Positions 17,628-28,200 of a DNA stretch of 64,000 bases are shown piece after piece. The first letter of the stretch is position 1, and each line of letters begins with the position of its first letter. Below the pieces are notes generated by a model. It was not told where the DNA came from. It saw nothing but the letters and a program-made list of their open reading frames with translations, and made no database searches. A program made the position numbers and the translations under genes. Source of the DNA: Candidatus Falkowbacteria bacterium (lineage in GTDB: Bacteria; Patescibacteriota; Patescibacteriia; Patescibacteriales; UBA12465); NCBI GenBank assembly GCA_012800315.1, contig JAAZJO010000001.1, positions 773 through 64,772 on the forward strand, read 5' to 3'.

Positions 17628-19199
17628 TTATTTATTTTCGGCAATTTGTTTTCTCTTAACCCCTAAAAGCCAAGGTTTTTTATCTAACCAGTCACCCAAA
17701 ATAACAACAAATAAAGTATGTGTGATAACAATAGCGCTAAACATAGAAACAGCCACACCGATAAATAAGGTTGTACCAAAGCCTTTGATCGTTGAGGTCC
17801 CAAAGAACATTAAAATTAAACAAGTAATAATAATCGCCACATTACCATCACGAATTGATGGCCAGGCGCGCTTAAAGCCATCTTCAACTGCTTGACTAAC
17901 TGTTTTGCCAAGTTTTAGTTCTTCGCGTGTACGAGAAAAAATTAAAATATTAGCATCAACTGCCACCCCGATAGAAAGAATGAAGCCAGCAATACCAGAT
18001 AAAGTTAAAGTAATTGCCTGCTGAGCATAAACAAATAAGAAGATACCAATAATTGAGAATAAAATCGCCAAGGCACCATTAAATAACTTTAATTCATTAA
18101 AGGTATAATAAATTAAACCAATCATGGTAATAACTAATATCAAAGAAAACCAAACCGGCAAAGGCTTAAAAATAGCTAAAATAGTAACACCATAAACTAA
18201 CAATGATAATACCGATAAAACACCGGGCAAACGATAAAAAAGAATCATGAAAATAGAAACTAATAACAAGCCCAATAAACCAGCCTGCATACTATCGCTA
18301 ATTGACTCATTGCCCAAACTAGCTTCTACTGTTTTTTGAGAAACTAGGGAAATTGGCACTGGCAAAGCTCCAGAATTTAAACGTTTAACCAATAATTTCG
18401 CTTCTTCAGCTGTGAATCTACCAGAAATACTAGCTGAGCCACCGGTAATTTTCTCATTAACTGTTGGTGTACTAATTGGATAACCATCCAAAAAAATGGC
18501 CACTGGTTTATTAATATTGCGGGCAGTAATCTCTTCAAATAACTTTGCTCCTTCATCATTAAATTCCAAAGAAACTTCCGGTGTACCGTCATTCGGATTA
18601 AATTGTAAAGAGGCTCGTTTTAAATATTTTCCTGTCAATTCCGTATTTTTCCACTCAGCCGCCATATTTTCAGCTAATTCAACTGACTCCTCATTAGCCT
18701 CATTAACCTCAATGGTCTCAATAGAGCCCATGTCAAGCTCCTTAAATTCAAGAATCGGGGTTTCGCCGATAAGTTGAATAGCCTCTTTAACATCTTTTAT
18801 ACCTGCTAATTCAGCAATTACCTGATATTCACCATTAATTCCTCGGTTAACCTGAACAATCGGCTCACTAACACCAAAACTGTTAACTCGGCGCTCAATC
18901 ACATCTCTAACTGATTCTAAGGCACCCGCTCTATCAGCTTCCGGGATATCCGTAACATCCGCCTTATAAACCAAATGAGTTCCGCCTTGCAAGTCTAGAC
19001 CTAGACTAAAAGGAATTTCCTTAACTAACGGCAAAACAACTATTTGATTAGTTTTTTCCGCTAAATTTTTAGCAAATTTATTGTAATAACTACCACCAGC
19101 CGCCAAAGCGACAGCAATAGCAAAAATAACAATAATTGCTAAAATCCATCTAGCTCTAATTCGGGCTGGTAATTTAGAAAATTTTTGCGTAAATGACAT
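17628..19199 (-). CDS. secD: Protein translocase subunit SecD (start likely MSFTQ)
   Basis: LGLDLQGG, RVNSFGVSEP, SGALPVP, GVAVDANILI. Confidence 0.95.
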   Translation of the reverse strand: MSFTQKFSKLPARIRARWILAIIVIFAIAVALAAGGSYYNKFAKNLAEKTNQIVVLPLVKEIPFSLGLDLQGGTHLVYKADVTDIPEADRAGALESVRDVIERRVNSFGVSEPIVQVNRGINGEYQVIAELAGIKDVKEAIQLIGETPILEFKELDMGSIETIEVNEANEESVELAENMAAEWKNTELTGKYLKRASLQFNPNDGTPEVSLEFNDEGAKLFEEITARNINKPVAIFLDGYPISTPTVNEKITGGSASISGRFTAEEAKLLVKRLNSGALPVPISLVSQKTVEASLGNESISDSMQAGLLGLLLVSIFMILFYRLPGVLSVLSLLVYGVTILAIFKPLPVWFSLILVITMIGLIYYTFNELKLFNGALAILFSIIGIFLFVYAQQAITLTLSGIAGFILSIGVAVDANILIFSRTREELKLGKTVSQAVEDGFKRAWPSIRDGNVAIIITCLILMFFGTSTIKGFGTTLFIGVAVSMFSAIVITHTLFVVILGDWLDKKPWLLGVKRKQIAENK

Positions 19200-19271
19200 A
19201 ATGTTAAAATTTATATTAACTGTAGACTTTAGAATCTTAAAATAAATAAAAAGAAAAATCAAGTTTTAGTC

Positions 19272-19300
19272 TTTACAAAAAGGCTATTTTTATTTATAAT
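19272..19300 (+). promoter_or_regulatory. Sigma70-like promoter for clpP
   Basis: TTTACA, 17 nt spacer, TATAAT, 25 nt upstream of ATG 19326. Confidence 0.55.
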
Positions 19301-19325
19301 GGTTTTACTAATAATTTATAAAAAT

Positions 19326-19904
19326 ATGCCATTAATACCTACAGTAATTGAAAAAGAAGGTCAAATTGAAAGAGCTTATGATATTTATTCTCGTCTCTTA
19401 AAAGACCGGATCATCTTTTTAGGCGAGCCAATAGACAACCATACCGCCAATATTGTTATTGCCCAACTCTTATTTTTAGATGCTGAAGATCATACTAAGG
19501 ATATAAAATTCTATATCAACTCCCCTGGTGGCTCCGTCTCAGCCGGCTTGGCTATTTATGACACCATGCAATATATTAAGTCTCCAGTCTCAACCATTTG
19601 TATTGGCATGGCCGCCTCCATGGCCTCTGTTCTTTTAGCCGCGGGCGAAAAAGGAAAGAGATTCGCCCTGCCAAACAGTGAAGTATTAATTCACCAAGTA
19701 ATGGGTGGCGCCGAAGGACAAGCCTCCGATGTTAAAATTCACGCCGAACATATTTTAAAAACTAAAGATAAAATGAATAAAATTTTAGCTCTCCACACCG
19801 GTCAAAAAATTGCTACGATAGAAAATGATAGTGATCGTGACCACTATATGAGCGCCGAAGAAGCTAAAAACTATGGTATTATTGATAAAATTATAAAAAA
19901 ATAA
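19326..19904 (+). CDS. clpP: ATP-dependent Clp protease proteolytic subunit (start likely MPLIP)
   Basis: [33 protein letters not shown]. Confidence 0.97.
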   Translation: MPLIPTVIEKEGQIERAYDIYSRLLKDRIIFLGEPIDNHTANIVIAQLLFLDAEDHTKDIKFYINSPGGSVSAGLAIYDTMQYIKSPVSTICIGMAASMASVLLAAGEKGKRFALPNSEVLIHQVMGGAEGQASDVKIHAEHILKTKDKMNKILALHTGQKIATIENDSDRDHYMSAEEAKNYGIIDKIIKK

Positions 19905-19917
19905 ATATATAAAAAGT

Positions 19918-19948
19918 AAAAAACGGGGCTACAACACCCCGTTTTTTT
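19918..19948. terminator. Bidirectional terminator between clpP and the surface-protein cluster
   Basis: AAAAAACGGGG-CTACAACA-CCCCGTTTTTTT. Confidence 0.8.
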
Positions 19949-19968
19949 ATTTTTAAATTGAAATAAAA

Positions 19969-21030
19969 CTAATTTATCTTCAAAGAGTTTATCATTAATT
20001 TATAAATATTCGGATAAGCTACCTGCCCATCAACCGGAGAAATAAAAGAAATTACATAAATATTTTTCTTAGCCTTATCTGTTAAATAAAAATTAAGATT
20101 ATCGCTACCCCAAACACCCTCCCAACTATCCGCTAATTTTAGCTTATCGTAAGTAAGAGCTTCGCTCGGAAACAAATCACTATACCAGCCCAGAATTCCT
20201 TGCTTATTAATATTTTCTTGAACAGAAATTTGAATAATAGAATTATCAGAAGCAGTAAAAACAACTAAATCATCATTATCTAAAATACTTAACTTCCAAG
20301 CTCGTGGATATAAAATTTTATAATTAAATGTTTGATTAAAATATTCTTCTAAATTCGCATTTAAATTTAATTTTTCTCCAGCTACCACTGGATCATAACC
20401 ATTATTAATTTCCACTAAATCAGCGTAGCCATTACTATTTGAGTCAATCATGCTTGGATTGGTCCCTAAAAGTTCCTCTTCATGATCATAAAGCCCATCA
20501 TTATCGGAATCAATTAATGGCTTTAAAGTTGCCGATTCATTAATTACCTCCTCTGTAATTTCTTCAAGAGTTGAGGAGGCGGAAGAGGTTGCTAAATCAA
20601 GAATCTCTGGCGTTATTGTTTCAATCACATTCACATCATCTATTAATGTTTCTTCTGATGCCTCTATTTCTTTATTAGCATTAATAATATCAATTATGCT
20701 CTCAGGATTTTGAGTTGCCTCCTCAATGACAGTAGTTGTGGGTTCAGCTGGTGCTGATGGCTTAATAATAAAAACATAACTAGCGTAAATTAGACCACCA
20801 ATCAGCAATAATCCCCCCAAAATAATTAATGCTCCTGCCATTTTAAAATTATGTTTTGGTTTTTCTAAACCCGAAAGAAGTTCGCCACCCGAAACTAATC
20901 GTGTATTAGTCGCTGGTCCAGCATTAAAATTTTGCGGGCTAGGCATATTATGTACTAAAAAATCCTGATTAACTTGCTCACTTATTTCTTCCTCCTTATT
21001 TAATTTTTCAACTTTGTTTTGACCAAACAT
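19969..21030 (-). CDS. Single-TM protein with DxDxDG Ca-binding repeats and a PsbP/Mog1-like C-terminal domain
   Basis: TM ~aa 65-88; DSDNDGLYDHEE, DSNSNGYADLVE-GYDP; YFNQTFNYKILYPRAW. Confidence 0.65.
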   Translation of the reverse strand: MFGQNKVEKLNKEEEISEQVNQDFLVHNMPSPQNFNAGPATNTRLVSGGELLSGLEKPKHNFKMAGALIILGGLLLIGGLIYASYVFIIKPSAPAEPTTTVIEEATQNPESIIDIINANKEIEASEETLIDDVNVIETITPEILDLATSSASSTLEEITEEVINESATLKPLIDSDNDGLYDHEEELLGTNPSMIDSNSNGYADLVEINNGYDPVVAGEKLNLNANLEEYFNQTFNYKILYPRAWKLSILDNDDLVVFTASDNSIIQISVQENINKQGILGWYSDLFPSEALTYDKLKLADSWEGVWGSDNLNFYLTDKAKKNIYVISFISPVDGQVAYPNIYKLMINSLKIN

Positions 21031-21033
21031 AAT

Positions 21034-21234
21034 TTATTGAGTAGAGAAATAAAGCCAAACAGAAAAAGCGGCAAAAACTACTAAAATTATCAAACCCAAA
21101 ACTAGCCACTTTTTCCAGTGGCCAGTAACAGTCTGGGGCATAATATGAAGATTAAGGGAAAGATTACGACGTTTATCATGTTCACTAGAAACCTCAGACC
21201 GCGGCCGTTTTTTTTGCTCAAAATTATTTAACAT
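21034..21234 (-). CDS. Small tail-anchored membrane protein
   Basis: 66 aa, C-terminal TM, tightly packed in the operon; HxMP motif shared with neighbour. Confidence 0.6.
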   Translation of the reverse strand: MLNNFEQKKRPRSEVSSEHDKRRNLSLNLHIMPQTVTGHWKKWLVLGLIILVVFAAFSVWLYFSTQ

Positions 21235-21266
21235 AATAACCTTATAATCCTAGGGTTATCTTATTA

Positions 21267-22034
21267 CTAGTTATCTGAAAGTTTAGCACCGACTCTATTA
21301 GGATCATAACCATTTTTTACTTCTTCTCCATCAAGATAGCCATCGCCATCGGTATCAGCGCTTAAAGGATTAGTTTTATAAATCTTTACTTCCTCATAAT
21401 CACTTAAACCATCACCATCGGTGTCAATTACATTAATGTTTGTCCCTAAAAGTATTTCTTCTTCATCAGTTAGGCCATCACCATCAGAATCAATCATAGA
21501 AACCGGTTCAGTAATTTCTGGTAACGGAATAACAGCTTCCCCTTCTAACGGACTATCTATTTCTGAGGACATCTCTATGTCCGAAAGATCTGTCTCAGAT
21601 GAGGTAGCTTCTTCGCCTGGGATAACTACCGGCGAAACTGGAGTAGCTTCAACACCTGGAAGAGAATCAACAAAATCACTATCAGCTGATTTTGGTGCTT
21701 GATTTTCTAATGGTGATTCAACTTTCCCAGAATTAACAGGAACAATTTCTGCATTATTATTCAAATTCCCTTTAAATACTTTAGCATAAACTAAGTAAGC
21801 TCCGCCTAAAATCGCTAACGACAAAGTAATAATAATAATTAACTTTAAATAATTACGCTTCTCTGGCGCTTGATCATCGGCTAATTCTAAAGTTTCCCCG
21901 GAAGAAGCTAAACCAACATTGCGCACCTCAATCTCTGGCTGTAAACCGCTAGCTGCTGGTTTATCTGTCTCCGCAAAAATATCATCAACCTCCTGTTTGT
22001 GGGGGTTTGTTTGATTAGTAAGATTATTAAACAT
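21267..22034 (-). CDS. Single-TM protein with bacterial TSP3-like Ca-binding repeats
   Basis: DSDGDGLTDEEE, DTDGDGLSDYEE, DTDGDGYLDGEE after an acidic linker. Confidence 0.75.
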   Translation of the reverse strand: MFNNLTNQTNPHKQEVDDIFAETDKPAASGLQPEIEVRNVGLASSGETLELADDQAPEKRNYLKLIIIITLSLAILGGAYLVYAKVFKGNLNNNAEIVPVNSGKVESPLENQAPKSADSDFVDSLPGVEATPVSPVVIPGEEATSSETDLSDIEMSSEIDSPLEGEAVIPLPEITEPVSMIDSDGDGLTDEEEILLGTNINVIDTDGDGLSDYEEVKIYKTNPLSADTDGDGYLDGEEVKNGYDPNRVGAKLSDN

Positions 22035-22085
22035 ATTATCTTTATTAAAATTGATTAATTACTTAAATTATAACGAATATTCTAA

Positions 22086-22412
22086 TTATTGGCTAGTTTC
22101 TTCTAGGTTTTGGGGAATTAATGGCTCAACTTTTGCCGGATTAACAATATCTGATTCGTCTCTAATAATTTTATAAACTGTAACTTCACCGCTCTCATCA
22201 CGACTCATTACTTGTATTTGTGTCTCTGCTGGGATGCCCATTTCTTGTTTTTCTGTAGTACTTAACATTTCTGGAATAAAGTCGGTCGCGTATTCTAATT
22301 CGCCATTCTTTTTTGCTTTATTTTTATCAGGCAAAAAAATAATCGCTAAAATAATTAACAACAAAATAATACTAAGAGAAACAATAATGGTGGTCGTTTT
22401 TTTCTTATTCAT
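22086..22412 (-). CDS. Hypothetical N-terminally anchored protein
   Basis: N-terminal hydrophobic helix; co-oriented in cluster. Confidence 0.6.
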   Translation of the reverse strand: MNKKKTTTIIVSLSIILLLIILAIIFLPDKNKAKKNGELEYATDFIPEMLSTTEKQEMGIPAETQIQVMSRDESGEVTVYKIIRDESDIVNPAKVEPLIPQNLEETSQ

Positions 22413-22451
22413 AAAAACAATTAAATCAACTAAATTAATAATTAAAAATTG

Positions 22452-25256
22452 TTATTTCCAATACCAGCAACGGTATTCAGCGGCAGCCTTATTAACTGCA
22501 ACCCCCCACTGTTTTTTATTGGCAATATTTTGAAAAATTTTACAACTCGTACCCTTAACCGGGGTAGTTAAATTACTACCACAAAAAGGTTGTAGTCCAT
22601 ATAAATATGAACCATAGCCCTCAATGGTTGAGGGAGCTTCATCCGCCTTATCACAATCTTTTGCTTTATAGCAAGAAACTAATTCACAGCAAATATATTC
22701 TTCTTGAGTTATGGCGGAAAAATTACCTCCTTCCATGTTGGCTGGCGCAAAGGTGTTTGTTTCTGAAGCGATTGTTGGTGATTCTTCAAAACCAGTACAA
22801 TCATTTTTACATATTATTGTGGTAGTAGCGGTAGCCGGACAATGCGAAGGATTTCCTTCAAGAGCGGCCTCTACTTGATAAACTATTCCCGGATCACAGG
22901 CTTCGCCACTATTAATCTCCCCGTTGCCACATAAACAATCTGCGGGGCAAGTAGTATAATTCTCTCCATAATTACAAACTCCGTCGCCACAATGACAATC
23001 CGCTGGACAATTCTGATTATTTTCTATTCCCTCATCACAAACTCCATCGCCACAACAACTACCCACACAATCTACCGGACAATTACATTTATTTTCCATC
23101 ATTTTGCCATTAATTTTTCTTTGACAATAGCCATCACCACAATAGCCGCCACCCTCAATCGGAGACTTAAAAACACAATACTTATTATCAGCTAAAATAG
23201 GATACGGAGCAGGATTATTTAAACCATTAGTACACCCATATTGCATAAGTAAACTACTACTAGCAACTGAAGGAGCTATTCCATCCTCCCCATCGCAACT
23301 TTCATAACCATAATTATGGACTCCGCCCCGCCCCTCGGTATTTGGCCATTGCTTAATACCATCACCACAATAATTATTTACTTTTAATGGAAAAGAAATA
23401 GTACTAAAAGCTGAGTAGGCGCCCGTTACTTTTATATTAACCTGACCAGTATAAAGAGCAGTTGGGCTACCACTTAAATATACTTGAGAAGAAGAGGCTA
23501 ATATTGATAATCCTGATGGCAAACCATCTATCTGGGAATATGATAAAGTTTGATTATTTTTATTTATTGGACCCAGTAAACAAGAATAAGGATTAGAAAT
23601 ACGCGCGCTTTCTGGACAATTAAAATTAATTTCTGGAGAAGTCGGTTTTTTTAAAGTTATCTTAATGTCTTTAGTAACCACTTCCGCATTATAATTATTT
23701 CTAGCTGTTATTTTAAAACTATTAATAACGTCAGAAGAAAAAGAAATATTAGAGCTTAGGGGAATTTGATACACAATCTTATATCTATTTTCCCCGGCCA
23801 AAGAAATAACCGGTGTTATGCTGGCAAAATTAAAAACATTATCAGACCCAATTTCTTCTATTGAAAAAAAGTTAATTATATTAGCCGCCGTATAAGTACT
23901 ATCTGATAAATAAAAACTATATAATACTTCATTGTCACCAGTATTTAAATCAAAAACCGCATCCTCTGCCTCAATAAAAGGCTTCGGGCTAATAATCGTA
24001 ATTTTAGTTGTAGTACTCGCAACTCCGCCTTGTCCATCCTCTACTGTCAGCCTTATATTTCTTTCTCCAGGACTCCCAGCCCGAGCAGCATAAATCTTTT
24101 TAACATTCGGCATATTAGTATCTAACAAAACTGGAGCAGCACTCCAACCATCCCCCCTCCAATCAAAATCAGTCTCTAAACTCCAAGTTAAAGGATTATT
24201 TTCCGCATCAATAGCCTTAACCGAACCATTGAACTCTTTGCCTGGTTCACCAACTAAATATAGATCCACTATTTGAGGAGCTGTATTAATAATTCCCCCC
24301 TCAGAAGAAGCACCTATATTTTTAACACAATCTGAAATAGCAGCAATCTCAGGCACAAAACTATAACCACTCTCTCTTGTTTCTAAAACTGAACATAATT
24401 GATAACTAGAACCTTCGGAATCTGTTTTATACACAAAACCATAACTACCCGCCGGTAACTCTAATTTATTAATTAAATCAACATTAGTGCTAAATTTATT
24501 TGTGTCTTTATTCCAGCAAGTAACTGGATCAAAGCCAGGACAATCACCTAAGCGATTAATCGGATCTTTCAGATTTTTCAAATTTAAAGTTGGAAGAAAC
24601 TTATCGTTCCAGCTAGGCCAAACGGAAACAGAAATATGTGGTACATAAGTTCCTGATTCTAGTTTTGGATAAAAACCGTTTAAGGTTTTATATATATTCA
24701 ATGAGGAATTTAAGTTAGTAACCATGGCTGCTCTCTTTAAATCACGGATAGCCTTGGCTTTAAGACTATCGCAGAAGAAATTGTTTGAACAATCACTATC
24801 AAGCACACATTGTTGATCAACTGGACAATCAGTCTCCCCACTTGAGCAAGAGTTTAAAGAAATAGAGCAAGTGCCAACCTCTTCCATGTTTGTGTTAAAC
24901 TTCCACTTCTTAATAATTTGTCCCAGAATATCTACTGTTTTATCAGAAGAACTTTGGTTATATGATATTAGATAAATGTTAGTATAAAGATTTTTATTAC
25001 TGCTATTAATTGCATTAACATAAACCGTGCGACCATCCCGAATCGCCTCATAGCCATCAATAATTAAGGCTTGCGGAGAGCCGGTAAATCCTTGTTTTTC
25101 ATACCATTCATTTATTCCATAGTGTTCTGGATTAGAAAAAATACGAACAGCGATAGCATCGCTTTCGTTTTGGGCTTGAACATATTTTTCCCAGCCCAAA
25201 AAACCTGAGACAAAAACTAGAACAAAGACTAAAAGAATAAATTTATTTCTTTTCAT
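22452..25256 (-). CDS. Secreted Cys-rich surface protein with internal pilin-like head, cadherin/Ig-like domains and CGDG repeats
   Basis: Signal peptide; RDLKR..L..Y..G.YP segment; NTAPQI..DAENNPL..VEDGQGG; LPSGLS..LSGSPT; repeated CGDG..C..CPADC. Confidence 0.75.
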   Translation of the reverse strand: MKRNKFILLVFVLVFVSGFLGWEKYVQAQNESDAIAVRIFSNPEHYGINEWYEKQGFTGSPQALIIDGYEAIRDGRTVYVNAINSSNKNLYTNIYLISYNQSSSDKTVDILGQIIKKWKFNTNMEEVGTCSISLNSCSSGETDCPVDQQCVLDSDCSNNFFCDSLKAKAIRDLKRAAMVTNLNSSLNIYKTLNGFYPKLESGTYVPHISVSVWPSWNDKFLPTLNLKNLKDPINRLGDCPGFDPVTCWNKDTNKFSTNVDLINKLELPAGSYGFVYKTDSEGSSYQLCSVLETRESGYSFVPEIAAISDCVKNIGASSEGGIINTAPQIVDLYLVGEPGKEFNGSVKAIDAENNPLTWSLETDFDWRGDGWSAAPVLLDTNMPNVKKIYAARAGSPGERNIRLTVEDGQGGVASTTTKITIISPKPFIEAEDAVFDLNTGDNEVLYSFYLSDSTYTAANIINFFSIEEIGSDNVFNFASITPVISLAGENRYKIVYQIPLSSNISFSSDVINSFKITARNNYNAEVVTKDIKITLKKPTSPEINFNCPESARISNPYSCLLGPINKNNQTLSYSQIDGLPSGLSILASSSQVYLSGSPTALYTGQVNIKVTGAYSAFSTISFPLKVNNYCGDGIKQWPNTEGRGGVHNYGYESCDGEDGIAPSVASSSLLMQYGCTNGLNNPAPYPILADNKYCVFKSPIEGGGYCGDGYCQRKINGKMMENKCNCPVDCVGSCCGDGVCDEGIENNQNCPADCHCGDGVCNYGENYTTCPADCLCGNGEINSGEACDPGIVYQVEAALEGNPSHCPATATTTIICKNDCTGFEESPTIASETNTFAPANMEGGNFSAITQEEYICCELVSCYKAKDCDKADEAPSTIEGYGSYLYGLQPFCGSNLTTPVKGTSCKIFQNIANKKQWGVAVNKAAAEYRCWYWK

Positions 25257-25259
25257 ATA

Positions 25260-28200
25260 TTAATTAAGAATATAACAATTATTTGTCCAACTTCCGGTAT
25301 AATATTCACATTTAGCCGGATTAACAAACCCCCTATTAAAATTACAACCAGAAACGGAGCAATACGGATGACCAGCAGCTAAAGCGATTTTTCCTACAAA
25401 AGCTCCGGGAGAAGTTAACTTCTCATTTTCATCACAAACTGGCAAATAAGGATTCTTTGATTCAATGTCCATCTCAACCAGACAATCAGTACCTAAAGGA
25501 GTCTCTAATTTACTAGTCGCTCTTCGCCAAACAAGAACATCACTCCTCCTCTCCCCATTTTCTTCAGCATTAAAATAATACTCTTTCTCCACTTTATCGC
25601 TCTCATTTCCAAAGCTATCAATCGCTGAAATAGCAAAATAATTAGCTCCTTGAGGAAATTTATTTAAAGGAAATGATAAGTTATTTTCCGTACCAATTGA
25701 ATCAAAGGTTTCCGCATATTTTCCAGAACTTATGCCATGATATAAGCGATAAAAAGCGGTATCATCATTATTCGCTTGCCAAGAAAAATTAAACATTGAA
25801 TTCTTAATAATGACATCAAGCCCGGTTGGTGTAGCTGGTGCTTTTTTATCAGTCGGAGTAGCCATCACTTCATTAGATAAAGCACTCTCTGTTTTATTAG
25901 TCGCAACAATCGTTAACTTAAAAATATATTGCTGATTATTAGTTAGCCCATCAATCTTATAAGTACACTTATAAACTGAACCTTCTTTAGAGCAAATTCC
26001 TTCGGGTTTTATTTTTTTACTCATCATTAAACCACGACCAGAGCGCAAATAATAAATCTTGTAAGAATCTACCTGATCAACAGAAGATTCCCACTTAACT
26101 TCTACCTCTCCCCCATTTTTCATATCTCTGACTTCAACAATATTACCACTCGGCAAAATTGTTTCTCGGAAAAAATATGTTTCTTTTAATAAATTAGAGA
26201 AACTTCCTTTTTTAGAAATCGGATTATTAGAAATTGCTGGTAAATCATCAAAGGTTTCGGCGGTGCCAGCATCACGACAATAATAAAATTTATAATTATA
26301 ACTTGAATAATCATCTCCCTGTCCCTTATCTAACCAAGGAGACCATGTCCCATCAGAATTAACTGCTGGCCATGGATTCTGACAAAGGAAAATATAAAGA
26401 TCGCTAGTATTATAATAACCATTACCAGTCTTAATCTTATTACAACCACTGCCACTGGCAGAGCAATCATTAGAAAGATATTTAGACATATCAATCGTTG
26501 CTTTCAGCTTAGCTTCAACATCCGTTGCACCTGCTTTCGCAGAAACTAAAAGGCTATTTTGCGATAAAGGAGCAGAGGTCGCAAAAGCCTGATCATTATT
26601 AATTGACCAAGTCCAATCCCAAGAATAACCCTCTACAGGATTTAATAATTTACCATCAACACTATAAGCACCAGCACTAAACAATTTATCTCTATCAGCA
26701 ACTGTATCAAAAGTGGGGTTTAAAATATCACTATCATTTTCATTAAGATCATTACTAGTTGTCTTAAATAAATATGATGCTGGCCTAATCTTGACATTAT
26801 CTATTGCGCAAATTCCAGCGTTCACTCCTTGGCTCGGAAGAGTGACAAATTTAAAACTATAAGAATTTTGATAAGAAGTTTTATTAAAAGTTACTGGCTT
26901 GTTATTCATCTCTCCATCTTTAAATCCTGATCCCTTCATGCCCACACCAGAATAACTTAAAACCCCCGTCCGACTATCAAGATTTTCATCCCCTTTTACT
27001 ACCACATAAAAATTAGCAGCTGGAGAAAGTAGGTTTTTCGGGCTAAAAATTAACTCAGTTTGCGATCCATTTTGCACAGCGCTAACACTACCAGGTACCC
27101 GACAATATAATTTATCAGCTGAAGGAGCTTCAGCCAAAGCGCGTTTATTAGAATTATTAAAGACACGACTAATTTTTGAATTTATTTTTTTCCAAATATG
27201 AACAAAAATATTCTTTGTCTGTGAATTAATTAAATCTTCAGTGGTAATATTTTCTGCTAAAAAAGTCCCGGCTGGACAAAGCTTTTTGCCATATTCTAAT
27301 TCTTCATACAATAAAAAATTATCACTAAAACTGGAAACGTTCATCGGCTGATTAAAAACAATTCTAATTGTAGCATTGCGACAAACATTTGTTTCCGAGG
27401 CAATCGGCGAAGTTTCAATAATGCTTGGTCGGGCCTCGCAACAAGTACTAGAATTACAGCCAATCGTGGCGATTGAACCACAATCACTGTCCTGAGAGCA
27501 ACCACAACATAATCCCCGATTAGCTCCCGAGCAATTTCCGACATTAGCTAAACAATGTAAATTGGGAGTTGTCTCACTAACACAAGGATCAATTTCTGCT
27601 TCTGGATTACAGCAACAAGCCCCACAATCAGATCCTTCTCCACCAGCACCAGTCTCCTGCAAACAAGCAAAACCATTGGTGCCACACGCGTTGAAATCAC
27701 AACGATCCTTTGTTTGACTATCGCTACAATCTAAGCCAGCCCCAACTGATGGATTGCCGCATTTATCATTACATTCCTCTATACTAGAAAATTTAGGCGT
27801 GGTGGTTGGTGTTGTTTCGCAAGCTAAAGGATTATCTGCCGCTGACTGGCAAGCATAATAAGCACAATAACCCTTATTTTCTCCTGTTTCTATTTTGTTA
27901 CCACTCTTACACTTAGAGGTAGTTTTATCATAACAGCAATTTGCCTCATTTGAACATTTTTCCTGATCATTATCAAAAAAGCGACAATAATCACTGCCCA
28001 CTCCTGCCTGACAACCACTAAGGCAAGAATCTATTTTTTTAAAATAACCTATTTTAACTGGAGTGGTAGAAGCACAAACATAAGGATCATTTAGTGAACA
28101 TCCATAATAGGAGCAATATCCATAATTAGCACTATTTTTATCATCACTAATAACCGTTGAATCTTTAATCCCTCGGCAATAATCATCATCAGGTGTGCTT

